Of a stretch of DNA of 64,000 bases, positions 22,901-40,548 are shown piece after piece. A model generated the notes under the pieces. That model was not told the origin of the DNA, did not search any database, and saw only the letters and a list, made by a program, of their open reading frames with translations. Source of the stretch: Piromyces finnis finn (lineage: Eukaryota; Fungi; Neocallimastigomycota); NCBI GenBank assembly GCA_002104945.1, contig MCFH01000019.1, forward strand, positions 62,001 through 126,000, read 5' to 3'. Both the position numbers and the translations under genes were made by a program. Every line of letters begins with the position of its first letter. Position 1 is the first letter of the stretch.

Positions 22901-24494
22901 AGAACAGATGAAGTAACTATTGAAATAAAATTGATATAAATAATATAAAATAAGGGGAATAGAAAAAAAATTTAAGGCAAAAACCATAGTAATTAATCAT
23001 TATAATTCTTTCTTTTTTTTTTTTTTATTAAATATAGATTTTGAAAAATCATATTAAAGATTTCCAAGATAGTATATATAAAATTGAAAAAGAAAATGGT
23101 ATTATAGGTTATCATGAAACTCAAGAATCATTAGAAAAAGTTTCAGAAAAGAAAAATGAAATGGATGAAACAAAAGGAAAAGCTTTAAATGAAATATCTT
23201 TATTAGTTGATAAGATTGTTCAAACTATTAATGTAAGATTTTATTTATTATAGAAATAAATAAAATTATAATAAAAAAAAATATAGTATTGTTTATAATA
23301 ATAATATTTATATGTATACCTATACCGACTGGTATAATTAATTTATAATAATTATATAGGATAAAAAAGCTGTCTTAACCTCTGTTATTCAAGAAGTTCG
23401 TGGTCTTAGAGCTAAAGCTCAAGATTTAGAAACTGATTATATTGAAAAGAAAAAGATTTATGATACAACTATAGCAAGTTTAGAAAGGTATATATAATCT
23501 CATGATTTTACTCTTTGATTTCATATCATTATTTTATAAATATATTCATAGCTATCTATATCTATCTATTTATTATTTATTATTATTTTCTTTTTTACTC
23601 AACAACATCATGATTATTAATTTAATTGTTTTGATAAATATTTTTAATTAAAAAAAGTGATTCATGTGCACTTGAACAAGAAGTTCGTGGCTATAGACAA
23701 GATATTATGAATGATCAAAGTCGTTATCATTATTTAAATGCTATGTTAAATGTTTCAGGAATATCACTTGATCGAGGTATTATAAAATATTTATGTTTAT
23801 ATATATACATAGTCCTTCCCCTTTCTTTATTATTATTATTATTTTTTTAAATAGATAAATGAAATAGAAAAATTGATTCAACAATTTTTTTTTTTTTATT
23901 TTTAAAAATCATTTGTTAATTATTTTATATTTGTATATTAATTTAGTTTTACAAGAAACTAAAGCTTATATTGGTGGTGATGAAAAATTTGAAGAAGTTC
24001 AAAAACTTCGTGGTTTTAAATCTTACAGAGAATTATACACAAAGAAAATAACTGAACAAGAAAATTTAGGTGAAATGTTAAGAAATACTCAAAAAGATGT
24101 CAAGGTTTTTATTATCTATTAATTTTTATTATCATCTTATTTTATTTTGTTTTATTTTTAATTAACAAATAATTAACCAAATTATAAAAAAAAAAAAAAA
24201 AAAAATAAATTAGGCTTGTCATGATGCCGATATGAAACAACTAGCAATGTTTAAAAATATTAAAAAATTATTAGATTTAAAAATAGAAACTAATAGAAAA
24301 TTATTACTTGGAGAAAAGAAGAATGAAGAATTTGAAGGACAGGTAAAAAAAAAAAAATGAATATATATATATATATAAAACAATAAATGATGAATACCAA
24401 TATATATTAATGAGTTAATGATTATGATTTATTATTAATTTATAATACTTTTTATATATTATTGTAGATGGTTCAAGATAGATTAATTCTCTAA
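19917..24494 (+). CDS. IFT81: Intraflagellar transport protein 81, 16 exons
   Basis: Exons read by eye: 19917-20203, 20410-20570, 20739-20825, 20939-21042, 21233-21309, 21529-21607, 21834-21929, 22111-22265, 22455-22620, 22784-22912, 23038-23232, 23360-23487, 23658-23776, 23947-24104, 24214-24342, 24468-24494. IFT81-like N-terminal CH domain (KPPFNKNY...LKYKP), HKKRAYLAPFL motif, coiled coils and C-terminal QDRLIL*. Confidence 0.93.
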
Positions 24495-24918
24495 GCCTAT
24501 ATAATCCTTCTTAATAAAAATGAAAAAAAAAATAAAACAACACATATCTTATAAATACTCTTCCGGTTTATCATTATGTATTTTTCATTAATAACAATTA
24601 ATAATTATAAAGCAAGGATATAACAAAAAGCAATTTAAATTATACCAAAGAATAATTTTTTGTTATTTTTTTTTTTTTTTTACTACTACTACCTTTTTTT
24701 TTTTTTAGTAATTTATTTAATTATTCATTATGTACAACTATTTTTCTTTTTTATTTTTCCCTAATAACTAACCCATTGAATAAAATATAATACATAAATA
24801 TATTATATAAAATAGCATGTAACTTTTTTTCTTTTGATAATAATTTTGTTTTAAATTATTATCAAATATCAAATACAATAAAAAGAAATAAAAATATTTA
24901 ACATTATATTAGCATTTA

Positions 24919-24952
<34 letters not shown>

Positions 24953-26268
24953 GTAAAGTATATATTTTAGTCCAAATGTTTCTATAAAGCAAGTGAGTGT
25001 AAGAATCTATGTTCATACTATTTTTAATATTATTTTAATTCTTTTTATATTTTATTATTCAACTCCATTATTAATATCATCTTATTAATTATGGATATTA
25101 ATTCTTATTTCTATTATTCGTATTTCTAGTATTTCTTGTATTTTTCTTTTTTCTTAAAATGTCTTTTTTAAGTTTGGTTTTTTTTTCACACCCACTTTTC
25201 CTCATCTTTTCTTTTTTTTTACCAACATTTACAGCTACAAAAAAGTTGATTTAAATTAATTAATTCTGGAATATGATTGGATCATGCCATTTAATGGAAT
25301 GTTTTTTGAATAACAATTTTGAAAGCCAAAAATGAAGGTAAATTTATTAATAAAAAATTTTCTTTGATTTTATTCTTTATAATTTCTTCCTTTTAATTAA
25401 TTATTATTTTATTTTTATTTTATTATTATTTTATTTTATAATTTAAAAAAAAAAAGGAGAAAAGCTTTGACTTTTTTTTTTTTTTTAGAGTTTCATTCAC
25501 TTTTTATTTATCCCATCACATCACACATTTAATTATAAAACAATATAATAATTAAATAGTTAAACTAATATCTATCTATCTTGAAAAATTATTATGACAA
25601 AGTGATTAGAAAACAGACACAGTAAACTTCAATTTTTTTTTTTTTTTTTTTATTCATTTCAAATAAAAAGCGCAACCACTACTTGTAATTTTGTAACATA
25701 TAGATAAATAAACCAATTTCATATATTATTATATATATATATTAAAGAAAGAAAAAAAAACCACATTATTTATAATATTAATTATTTTTATAAAATAAGG
25801 TAAATTAAAACGATTAATCCCATGTAAAAATTTTAAAATTAATATATAAATTAATCTTTATTTTTTATTTGTCAGTTTGATTAAAAGTACTTTAAGCTCA
25901 AAAAAAAAAAAAAAATCTAGCTTAAATATTTATTCCTTATATCCATTTTATTTTATTTTATTTTATTTTAATTATTATTATTATTATTAATCCTTATTGT
26001 GGATTGGAAATTGAAATTCATTTATTTACTTTATTTATTTATTTTCATAGTTATTAATAAATAAAATAGATATAATACAATATATTTCATTTAAAAATAA
26101 ATAACTAGTCAGTCAACTAACAATTTAAATTTACTTTTTCTTTCCCCCTTTTTTTTATATATAAATATTCTTAAATCTAGTCAATTTTTTTTTATTAAAA
26201 AAGTAATTTATTAAATCATTCAATTATAAAACTTTTCGTATCATTATACAGTATATAAAAATTTCACC

Positions 26269-28396
26269 ATGTCTTCAAGAAATTCTAGTAGAAGAAATAC
26301 TCTTTCAGCCAATAATAGTACTATTAATAGTGCTAGTAACAGTATGCTTACCCTTAATGAAAATTCAGTTTTAATTGATAATGCTCGTAAGAGAAATCAA
26401 AGAAAAGATGATATCATAAGAAAAAAAGTTGAACAAGACTTGAAAAAGAAAAATATGGGTAGAAATGGAAAGAAAACTGTTAAAAAATCTTCTAAATTTT
26501 ATAATAAGACTGTTTCAAGTCTTAAGCCTTCCCAAGCCGTTATTTTACCTGAAAGTGCTAAAGTAATTATAAATTTGAAAAGATTTATCTTTTTTTTTTA
26601 TATATATTCATTTCTATTTTTTTTAATTTTAAATTTAAAAGATTTTATTTTCATTATTATTATTAATATTATTATTATTATTTTTTTTTTTTTTAAAATT
26701 GAGCTTGATATAAACTATACCAATTAATCTTTTTTTTTATTTAAAATTATTTTCATAAAAGGTTTTAGAAGCTGCCCAAATGATGACAGCTAAAGGTATT
26801 GATTGCGTCTTAATTATTAACGAAGAAAACATGTTAAGTGGTATTATTACAGATAAAGATTTATCTTTCAGAGTTATTGCTGAAGGAAAAGATGTTAATA
26901 CAACTTGTTTAAGAGAAGTTATGACTGCCAACCCAATTAGTGTTGGTGTTCATACTAGTGCATCTGATGCCTTACAAAAAATGGTTCAAGGTCGTTTCCG
27001 CCATTTACCTATTATTGAAGATGATATTATGAGTGAACCAGGAACTCATCATTCAGATTACCAAGAAAGTAATATTATTGGTTATCTTGATATTACCAAG
27101 TGTTTATACGAAGCATTAGAAAAGATGGAACGTGCTTATGAATCCTCAAAACAACTTCATGATGCTTTAAGTGTTTTAGAAGGTGTTGAAAAGGAATTTT
27201 CATTTACCCCACGTCAAATTTCAGATTATGCTAAAATTTTAAAGGATAAGATTTCATGTAGAGATTTATTAAGTGTTGTTGAAGATCAAAGTCATCTTCC
27301 ACCAGAAATTAATTTAAAGGCTACTGTTCGTAATGCTGTTCGTGCTATGAAAGAAGCCCATCAATCCGCTGGTATGGTATTTGATAATGGTAGTTTGGCT
27401 GGTATTTTTACTCCAAAAGATATTGTTTTAAGAGTTATTGCCGCTGGTTTAAGTCCAGATAATACCACTGTTATTCGTGTCATGACACCACATCCAGATT
27501 CTATTTCTTGTAGAACACCAATTGTAACTGCCTTAAGAAAAATGAATGAAAGTAATTATTTACATCTTCCAGTTGTTGATGATGATGGTTTATTAATTGG
27601 TGTTGTTGATATTTTAGAATTAACCTGTATATATCTTAGTCAATTCGATACGACCAACAGAGCCTCAACTGATGCCACCTCATCTAATGGTGAAGGTCCA
27701 ATGTGGAATAAATTTTGGAATGCTGCCTTGAATGATTACTCTGACATTGAAAGTACCACCAATGGTGGTTATGATCAACGTTCAATCTCAAACTATACTC
27801 CAGCTGGGGATACCACTTTTAACCTTCCAAACTACCCAATGTCAGAAAATTACAGTATTATGGATTCTATGGAGAATAAGGTTCAAATGTACCCTATGGG
27901 TAGTGAAAGTACCTTTACCTTTAAATTTAAGGATGAACAAGGTTTAGTTCACAAGATTACCTCTAGTTCCTATGATTATCCACTTTTAATGTCTGTTATT
28001 TGTAAAAAGCTAAGAAGAAATGTAGATGATAAGATTCAAATAAGTTATGTTGATGAAGATGATGACTTGATTGTTATATCTTCTAATCAAGATTTAAGTG
28101 ATGCTGTTGAAACAGCTCGTAGAATGAAACAAACCAAGTTAATTCTTCATATTGATGATTTCGATAGAGAAACTCACCCAACCATTCTTTCTGAAGCCAG
28201 TTTTGAAATTGGTAATTCTTCTATTCTTGCAAAACATATCAACTCTGAAGCTAGTGAAGTTAAGAAAGATAATCGTTCTAAGGCATCCTATGATAAGGAT
28301 CCAAATGATCTTCTTGTTAAAGTTTCAGTATCTGCTATAGGTGTTGTTTCCACTTTATTATCTATTTTATTAATAAAAAAGATTGTTTCAAAATAA
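26269..28396 (+). CDS. CBS (x4) plus PB1 domain protein with C-terminal membrane anchor (S. pombe Mug70 / plant CBSCBSPB-like), 642 aa
   Basis: Exons 26269-26562 and 26762-28396. CBS motifs (GIITDKDL, FRHLPI, GIFTPKDI, YLHLPVVD), PB1 (ISYVDEDDDLIVI) and a hydrophobic C-terminal helix. Confidence 0.92.
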
Positions 28397-28793
28397 GGCA
28401 TCATCAACATTGTCAGTACCCCCAATTTGTCTTTATAATATCTATCTATATCTCTATAAATATATATTATGTATTTTTTTTTTTTTTTTATTTTTAATCC
28501 TCACTCCACAACCATTACATTTTTTTAATTTTTTTTAAAGAGTAAAAGCAAAAGCAAAAGCAAAAACAAAACAAAAAAACAAAAAACAATAATTGTATAC
28601 AACAAACTATAAATTTTTCATTTTTTTTTTTTTTTACACAAAGAGATTATTCCATTGAACATCATCTATGATAACCATTTAAAAAAAAAAAAAAAAAATT
28701 AATAAAAGAATAATAATCTATAATCATATTAAAAATAAAAGCATCAACGTCACTACCATCTACCATTATCATCATAAAAAAATTGATTGTGAA

Positions 28794-28836
<43 letters not shown>

Positions 28837-29395
28837 TAAAGAAAAAAACAATAATAAAAAACAACAACAAAAAAAAATACAAATTAAAATAATAATATAA
28901 AACACGACTATTACACCCTTAATAAAAATATATTACTTAAAAAAAAATATTTAATATATTTTTATTTTATTTATTAAAAAAAAAAAAAAAAAAAATACCA
29001 AAGTTTAAAAAAAAAATAATATGTAAAAAGAAAGAAAAAGAAAATTATTGATTCATTTTATTCCAATTTTAATTCTGAAAAATTGTACTATGTCATCTTG
29101 ATGATAATGGTCTTTTTTTTTTTTTTTTTCTTGAAAGTTTTTTATTTTTAGTTTATTTTTAGTTTATTTTTCCAATTTATTCATAAAATTAAATAATGGA
29201 AAAATACTTTATATACAAGAGTGAAAGGAAAAAAGTAAAAAAAAAAAAAAAAACTACATTTATTTATTTAAACCATTTACACCTCATTCGTATCGCGATT
29301 AAAAAAAAAAATAATAAAATTTTACCCATTCTTTATTCTATAGAAGGAAGGAAGAAAAAGAAAAAGTTTGGGTAAATATAGATTGAATCATTTAA

Positions 29396-29435
<40 letters not shown>

Positions 29436-29998
29436 TAATATAAAATATATAATTATTTACTTTTTTCCTTTTCTTTTTTCTTTTTTTTTTTTTTTAAAGA
29501 TTATAAAAAAAGAAAGAAAGAAAGAAAGAAAAAAAAAAAAAACCTAATAGAAAATTTAATTGTAATAGTAAATAATAATAATAATAATAAATAACAACCA
29601 TAGTAACTTTTTTATTTTTTATTTTTTTTTAAAAAAATAAAGAAGAAAAAAGAAAATTAAATAAAAAAACACATATAAACCATTTTTTTATTTAATATTT
29701 GAAATCCCTTTAACACCCTCCTTTAATGTAAAAAAAAAAAAAAAAAAAAAAATAAATAAAAATAAAACTTTCCCTAATGTCTATATATATATATAAAAGG
29801 AATAAATGAAAAAATACCTTATATTCTTTCTATTGATTTATTAAAAAATTAAAAGTAAAATAAAAATATAAACTTGAAAAAGAAAACAACAATCTAACAC
29901 AGTTACACTAGAGTAGAATAACAGGAAAAAAAAAAAAAAAAAACTACATTAATTATATATATTTTTTATTAATTTCTTTTATTTTATTTATTTATTTC

Positions 29999-30037
<39 letters not shown>

Positions 30038-30683
30038 CATTTTTCCTTTAAACATTTCTTTTCTTTTTTTCTTTTTCTTTTTCTTTTTTTTCTTCCTTTC
30101 TTTACACTATATAGATAAAGAAATAGAAAATGAAAAAAAAAAAAAAAAAAAAAATTCTCATGTAATTGTTAAAATATTTTAAATTGCTATCCTTTTTTTT
30201 ATTAATGTTTGAGTTATTAAATCTTGTGTTTGATCTTTAATTTTTTTCTTAAATTTTATAGTGTATATATTTTAATGATTGATACGCATGTTAAACCTTT
30301 TTTTTTTTTTCACTAAATTTTTAGTACCTTTAAAATATTTATAGATATATACCTTTTAAATAATAATAATAATAAACCATATTTTGATCATATTTATTGA
30401 CTCTTTTTTCTATTGTCTCAGAATTGGCTTTTGAATTTACTTTTCTTTTTCAATGAATATTTAAAATTGTTCATTCTCTTATTATTATTATTATTATTTT
30501 GTTGATAGTATAATTTTTATAAATATAAAAGTGATAGTAACCAAAAATTTTAAAATAAATAAATTAAAAAAAAAAAAAATAAAACAAAAAAAAAAAAAAG
30601 AATTCCTTAAAATTTTAAATCATTCTTTTTCTTTTTTCTTTTTTACTTGAATTGCTTCTTTAAACGATTACGTATTATTTTAT

Positions 30684-32251
<1,568 letters not shown>

Positions 32252-33290
32252 TTTTAGTTATTAATTACCTATATTTATTAAAATATTTTTTTAATATTTT
32301 TAATTAGCATTTTGTTTTTTACATTATAGAATTTTATTTATTAAAATCATTTTTAAAATAACTAAATTCTTGATAATTTTTTGGATTTTTATTATTTATG
32401 TCATTTTATTTTTTTTTGTTCTTCATTTCTATTTAGATTTATCATAACAAGATTTAAATTGATATATATATTTGTTTTTGTATTAATCACTATATTAGCA
32501 TAGAACAACAATATTATGTTAATTTTATAAATATTCAGATTTATTATTGTATTTGAAGAGAATGTTATTTTATATGATAAATTTTATATATTCCTTTAAG
32601 ATTAAATTTCGTTTAACAATTAACATTTCTTTAATTTTCCTTTATTTCAATATCTAATGATATAAATACTTCATATGATATAATATAATGTATACAAGAA
32701 TTTATCGTTGATGGATTATTGTTCAGAGAAATCAACATTTAATCTTTGAAATTTCCAATTATTATATATTTTATTATAAATAAAGTAATAGAAGAAGAGT
32801 TATGATATTAAACCTTTAAAATATTTCTGATTATTAAATAAATAAAATATATATTTTTTTGTTATAATATATATATAATAAACTTATTTTATTATAATAT
32901 ATATACGATTGTGGTTAGTTATAAAAAAGGATGTAAATATTTATAACAATTTTTCGCAAAGAAAAAAAAAAAAAAAATTGTAAATTATTATTATTTACTA
33001 GGCAATTTTGAAATTAACTCAATATAATTTAGATTACAATATATTAATGAATAATTTTAATATATCAGTTTATATTGATATATATATTCTATTTATTTAT
33101 AAATATATAATTCATTATATTATAATATATTTTTTTCAATTATTATTTTTCTTTAACCAATCAATAATAAATATATTTTATTCAATCAGGAATAGTCAAA
33201 ATCACGTTTCTTTGTTAAAAATCAACGCTATTTAAGCATAAATCTATGCTTAATTTATAAATAAAGATAAATGGAGAATACATTTATAAA

Positions 33291-33331
33291 TTAAATAAAT
33301 AAATAAATAAATTAATAAATAAATAAATTAA

Positions 33332-33362
<31 letters not shown>

Positions 33363-33371
33363 CTAAATAAC

Positions 33372-33402
<31 letters not shown>

Positions 33403-33449
33403 CTAACTAACTAAATAAATAAATAACTAAATAAATAAATAAATAAATA
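33291..33449. repeat. (TAAA/TAAC)n microsatellite
   Basis: Imperfect tetranucleotide run. Confidence 0.9.
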
Positions 33450-35001
33450 GTGATAATAATTTATTAATAAATTTTCCATGCCAAGTTATTATTGGTTAAG
33501 GATGCTAAGTAACAATAATGATAAGCATTTAGTGGGTAATTTTTTTATATATACTAATAATAAATAAATAAAAAATCATTATATGTAATTTTTATAATAG
33601 TATGTTATATGAAAAGTTATTAAATAATTATTGTATATTTATATTTCTAAAACTATAACATTAACTATAAAGGGTGGTTTAAAGACTTTGCTTGCTAGTA
33701 AAAGTTGGTTTATGAAATTTTATTATAAATTTAACTTTTTTTTACCTTTAAAATTTGTGTAAAAAAATTTTATTTTAATATAAAATAAAGTTTCATTTCA
33801 AAATATTTAATTTATTGTTGAGTGTTACACAAAAATAAAAATAAACTCCAATATATAGTTTTCATATATTAAATACATATTATTCCAAATAAATGGAGAA
33901 ATTTAAAAAAAAATTAATTTATTTGTAAATATTGTTATGAATTTAAGTTTTAGAATTAAAAACAATAGTAAAAAAAAAATAACCCTTTTAAATTATATCA
34001 GTGAAAGGGCGATGACTTTATAAAAAATCATCTAAAAAAAAAAAGATGCTTTAATTATATAGCAACAACAACAACAACAACAAAATGCAATAATAAATAT
34101 TTTTTTTTCTTTTTATAAAAAAAAGATAATATTAAATTTTTAAGAATATGAATATTAAAAATAAATTAAATATTTTTATTGTTTGAATGTCACTTTAATC
34201 ATATTCATTTTTATTTTATATATAAAAATGTTAAATTGATTGTGTATGAAAGAAAAAGTTTTTATAGTAGACTTTTTTCTTTTTAAATTAAAAATATTTC
34301 ATAAGAATATTACAATTTAATACCCTGTAACATTATTATAGTTGTTTTAAACTATAAAAATCTATATATCTATTTTTATGATATAACATTTCAAACAATA
34401 TACTGATTTTTAATTTTTTAAAAAATTAAAGATTAAGTTATTAACTTTGATTAAAATCAAAAATAACAAAAAATAAAATAAAATAAAATAAATAAAAATA
34501 GTTTTAACAATATTTACAACAACAACAACAACAACAAAAGAAATAGTAAAACAAAATAAAACTAAAAATAATAAAAATTTAAAAATTTTAAATTATAACC
34601 ATATTTTTTTTTTCAATTAAAATTAAAGGAAAAAGTTTTAAAAAATTAAGTAAAATTAAGATAAATCTTAATAACAACAACATTAACAACAAAATCTAAA
34701 TAACGATAAAGATAACAAATTATAAATTATAAATTTTATTAAAAAAAAAGTTAATTATTATTATAGAATTTTCATTAATCCAGTTTAAAGTTATATAAAG
34801 TAACAAATATATATATCAAATTATTTCTCATATTCTACTCCTTTTATTAATTAGAAAAAAGATTCATAATTATTTTTTTCAATATTAAATCTTTTAAATT
34901 TTCATATCTTTTTTATATAAAAAAAGACACCATAATATTTATGCAATTATTATTTTCTCATACTCCTAGAATAATATATTAATAATATATATTGTAATAC
35001 A

Positions 35002-35463
35002 ATGAATAAATCAACATTTCTTATATATATTGGATATATGTCAATTGCTTTGGTATTGGGTAATGATATTCATTAATTAAATTAATAATTATAAATTTTA
35101 AATAATTAATTTTTATAAAATTTTTATTATGTAGGTGTAATAATAGGATTTATAATAATCTACTCATATAAACTAATAAAAAAATTAACAAAACGAAAAG
35201 AGTCTTCTAAAAATAAAGAAATTAAAGGAATTTCTACTTCATTTAGTACAGAATTAGTTCAAGATTCAAATGAATATAACATTGATATAGATTATGATTT
35301 TGACCTACCGTCATTTTCTTCACCTCAATATAATTTATACCCCAATCAAAAAATTCTTGAAACGAGTTCGGAAGAAATAACATTTAATACCACAAACACA
35401 CTAAAAAGATTAATTGATATTGATACTGCAAAAAAGCAAGCAAATCATATTTCTGTAGTATAA
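35002..35463 (+). CDS. Small single-pass membrane protein, 2 exons, 128 aa, unknown function
   Basis: Exon 35002-35059 (G|GTAATG donor) and exon 35135-35463 (TAG| acceptor). The joined frame is open: MNKSTFLIYIGYMSIALVLGVIIGFIIIYSYKLIKKLTKRKE...QANHISVV*. Confidence 0.7.
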
Positions 35464-36127
35464 ATTCAAAAGTATTACAAATTAATTATTAAATTACTGG
35501 AGATATAGAAAGTTTTGAAAATCCATTTTATTTTTTTTATTAAATGAAATAAAAGAAAAATAATTATAATAATATTAGAATGACATATTTAATTTTCAAT
35601 AGTTATAATATTTAAATTTATAAATGAACGCTTTTTTTTTTTTTTTTTGTTTAAAAAAAAAAAGAAACAAAATGAATAAATAGATAAATAAATTTATAGA
35701 GTATAAATAAATGAATAAATAAATAAATAAATAAATAAAAATAAATAGATGAATAAATAAATAGATAAATAAATTTATAAATGAATAAATAAATGAATAA
35801 ATTAATAATAAATAAATAAATTCTATTTTTAAAGATTTAAAAATTAATTTTTTTTTTCAAAAAAAAAGTTTTAAATTAATTTTAAATTAAATTTTTAATT
35901 AAATAGTTATAAAGATAAAGCAAAAAAAAACTTTTAATGTAGTTGATGATTTTATTATAAAAAAAAATGAATATATAAATATATAAAAAAGCAAAGCATT
36001 AATATTAAATAAATGAATGAATGAATATTTTTTAATTTTATATAATGAAAAAAAGTTGATAAAATAAATATTTTAAAGAGTTTTTTTTTATTTGTTTGTT
36101 TAAACAATTACAATCAATTTTTAAAAA

Positions 36128-39100
36128 ATGAAATATAAACCACAACATAACACAGAACCTTTCTGGGGAGCATTTGAAAAGAATAATAAAGATAAGAATA
36201 AAATAAAGAGAAATACAGATGATATAAATAATATCAATTCAAAAAAAGTATTAAATAATGAAAAAAAAGAAAAACAAAAAGTAAATAGTAATCATTATTT
36301 TTCATCCGTGAAGGATGGGAATATTACTTCAACACGTTTAGTTGCTACAATGAAAGATCTGTGTACTTCAGATAAGGAAAAATTAGCAAAACTTATTACT
36401 AAATTAGCTATTGAAGAAACAAAAAATCAGAAATTAGAATTAAAAAATAAAAATTATAAATCACTTTTATTAGAAGAAAGAATAAAAAACGAACAATTAT
36501 TAAAAACTCATAATGGTTAGTGTGTGTCTAATAATTTATAAAAAAAAAAAAAGTATATATGTATGTCTATAGATAAAAAAAATATTGTTTTTTTTAAAAA
36601 AAATGTATTAATCGTAAGTTATAATTGTACTATTTAATATTATTTAGAATCAAAAAATATTTACACTGTTTTTGAACAACTATTACAAGAAAAAAAAGAA
36701 AATAAAAAAAAAAGTAGTAAAAAAAAGGTATATATATTTTAACATTAAAAAACAATGATTCAGAAAAAAAAAAGAATTATTAACATTTATATATATATAC
36801 ATATATATATAATCTATTAATGTACGATATCATATTTTAAAGGATAAATTAAGTAATTATAATAATATTACATCAACTGATACAGCCATTTTATCATCAT
36901 TGAAAAAAATACTTTCTAATGAAAATAAACTAACTAAACAAACAAAGGGTAAAGAGAAATCAAAATTAAAAGAAATAATACAAAGTATACCGGTAAAAGA
37001 AATTAATGATACTTTTTCCAGTAGTGATAGTTTAATAAACATTTCAATGAATAACAATAGTGTTAATGATGAAATTTCGAGATCTTTTGATAACAATGAA
37101 ATAGAAAAAAAGGATATAATTTCAATGAAAAATAATGATAATAGCATTAAAAAGGGTAATAAAACAAGTACAAAAAAGGATAAGGAAAACAAAAATGTGG
37201 CTATGGAGTGTAATGATTATGATAATAAATTATTATTAAATAGCATAAATTTTATGAAAGGAAATATACAAAATTGTGATAGAACAGAACGTAAAAAAGT
37301 AATAGATAATATTAAAGCCTTTGAATTAAGAAATTTTGGAAGTATTAAAGAATCCCCAAAGAATTTAGATGAATCAATTTTTCAAAAGACATCAAATACA
37401 AGTAGTAACAAAAATTTTGATATGGGTTTAGAAGAAATTCAGAATGTTAAAGGAATAAATAAGGATATAAAAAATGATATTAATCCAAATGATATTATTA
37501 CAGGGTTTACTTCAAAAATTGTTGAGGAATTAAAAATTTATTTCAATGAATTAAATCATCAGGGACAAAAGAATGAAAATGTAAATTATTTTGAAAGAAA
37601 GGGAAATAATAAGCTGGCTTCTTCCTCCTGTACAAATAATAAAGATATAAGTAAAACTTTTCAATCATTAAATGTTGATCCAAAAGTTAAAGATTTATTA
37701 ATGCTTTCATACAATGCATATAAAAAACAAAATGATGAACATAACAACAGTTGCAATAGTAATAATAATAGTAGTAAAGTTAATTCTTTTGATAATAATT
37801 TACATAGTGGTAAAGTTGATTCTTATAATAGTAATAATAACAATAATAGTCGTAAAGTTAATTCTTTTGATAATAATTTACATAGTGGTAAAGTTGATTC
37901 TTATGACAATAATATGCATAGTCATAAAATTTTTTCTTCTGATAATAAAGGAAATAGTCATCAGTCTTCAAAGAATATATTTAAGGAATCAAAGATACTG
38001 GATGATTCCTCATTGGATTTATCTATAACAACTATTGATAATGAAGAAGTGGAAAATAAAATGAATGATCCTGCCAAATATACTGAAAATAGTAATAACT
38101 ATAACAGGGACAACAAGGACAACAAGGATAACAACAACAATAATAACAATAATAACACCAACAAAATTTTCAATTTCACCAATAATAATCAAAAAATTTT
38201 TAAAGGTGTTTTCAACAACAGTAATCATGAAAGAAGTAATGATTTATTAAAAAATAGTAATAGAATATATAATGATACGAATATATTTAACGAAGAGTAT
38301 TTAATAAGTAATATTCCTTTTATATCTAATCATGAGAAAGAGGATTTTAGGGAAACAACAATGCAAACAAGTTTATATGATATTGTTTTCCAATTAGAAA
38401 ATGAAGATAATGAAAGGAAAAAGGATAGTAGTCAAAATACAGGAATTAAGGATAAAAGTACAATTCAGTGTTATTCTAATATAAAAGAAACTAATCTGGA
38501 ACAAAATAATGAAAAGGATGATATCCTTAAGGCAATAAATAACATCAAAACTTTTCATAATACTAGTGATGAAATTCCAAAAATGTTTAATGGGGATTCG
38601 AAAATTAATAAAAATGACGTTCATGAAAAGATGTTTAAAAATATGAGAAATGAAAAAGTAAATTACTCAAATACTAATTCTAATTTTTTCGATGTCAATG
38701 ATGATGGTAATACCAATAGACCTAATAATTTATACCTCAGTGATGATATTAATTACTCCAATGAATTTGAAAAAAGATATAGAAATGAAAATATTATCAA
38801 TAATAATGATAACAACATTAAGGGAAAAAATATTAATACTAATAAAAATAATGTTAATGATAAAAGAAATGATAACAATAATAACAATAATAACAAGAAC
38901 AATAACAACGATGATAACAATAACAGTAATAACAATTATAATTATAATAATAATTATGATAGCAATGAAGAAATAAATAGTAATGAAAAAATAAATAGTA
39001 AAGAAAAAATAAATATAAACAACAACTACAATTATAATGATAATCATAACAACAGCAGTAGCAACAACAGCAATAATCATAATTATATTGATAATCATAA

Positions 39101-40481
39101 TAATAATAGTGGCAATAACAACAATTGCAATTATAATAAATATAGTAATAATGATAATTTTAATAACAGCAGTGACAATAACAAAAGCAACAATTACAAT
39201 TACAATTATAATAATAATAACAATAATAACATTGATAATAATAATGGTAATGATGATAATAATAATAACATCAATTACAATTACATTTATAATTATAATC
39301 ATAATGACAGTTATTACAACAATAAGGAAATAAATAGTAATAAAAAAAATGATAAAAACAATAGCCATTATAATTATTATGATAAGTGTTACAACAACTA
39401 CAACAACAACTACAATAACAACAATTATCATTATAATTATAAGGAAAATTTTAAATGTAATAAGAAAATCAATAATAGTAATAAAAGTGATAAAGGCAAC
39501 AACAACAATAATGGCAACAACTATAACAATTATAATGATAATGGTAATTATAATAGCAACACTAACAATAATAATAAATTCATTTCTGATTATGATATAT
39601 CAAAAAATAAAATAAATGATTATGATAAAAGATTGTGCAGCAACTTGAGGTATAATCACAATAACAATAGTAGCAATAATATTAGTAATAATATCATCAA
39701 TAACAATATCAGCAATGATGACGATTATATTAATAAAAATTATTATTGTGAACAAAATACCAATTTCAATTTTAGTAATGATAATAGCAATTCTAATAAC
39801 AATTATTATTATTGTAAAAATATTAATACAAGTATAAGACACAAGTATAACAATAATAACAATAATTATTATAATGATGGTAATTGTTTTAATGCTGAAA
39901 ATTATAATTATATTGAAAAAAAGTGTAATCAATATATTGATAATATTGATGATAAATATGATCCTCCTCCTCCTCATCATCATATAAATTATGATGCCAA
40001 TTATTATCATCAACCTAAATTTAGTAATAAAATAAATAATAATGATGGTATCTTTACTGGACCATATCAATGTAATCATCTATATAATAGTTATCCTGAA
40101 TATCATAGATATAATGATGTTAGTGAAATTCCTTCTTCCCGGCCAATCTATCATTATAATTCTACTAGTTTCAAGGAAACTACTCGAAACTTCGAAGAGC
40201 CATATATTAATAATACCGTTGATGAATTATGTTATGATAATCAAGTATTAAATGAAGATTGTACACGTACACCATGTGAATGTGGATGTAAATGTTCATT
40301 ATATAAAAAAAATGAAAGAATGAATAATAATATAAAAAAAAGAGGCCCTATAAAAGAAGATGGTAGATTAAACCCAATTAAAATAGGAAAAAACATTCAT
40401 GAAACACAAAAGAATTTATTAAAACAAAAAACTCTTGTAAAACAAGAAAAAAAAGATGATGATGGTGATGATGATAATGAT

Positions 40482-40548
<67 letters not shown>

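Noticed and set aside
24960-25340. Possible small exons upstream of the CBS gene
   Set aside because: All frames close quickly; at most UTR exons or decayed sequence.
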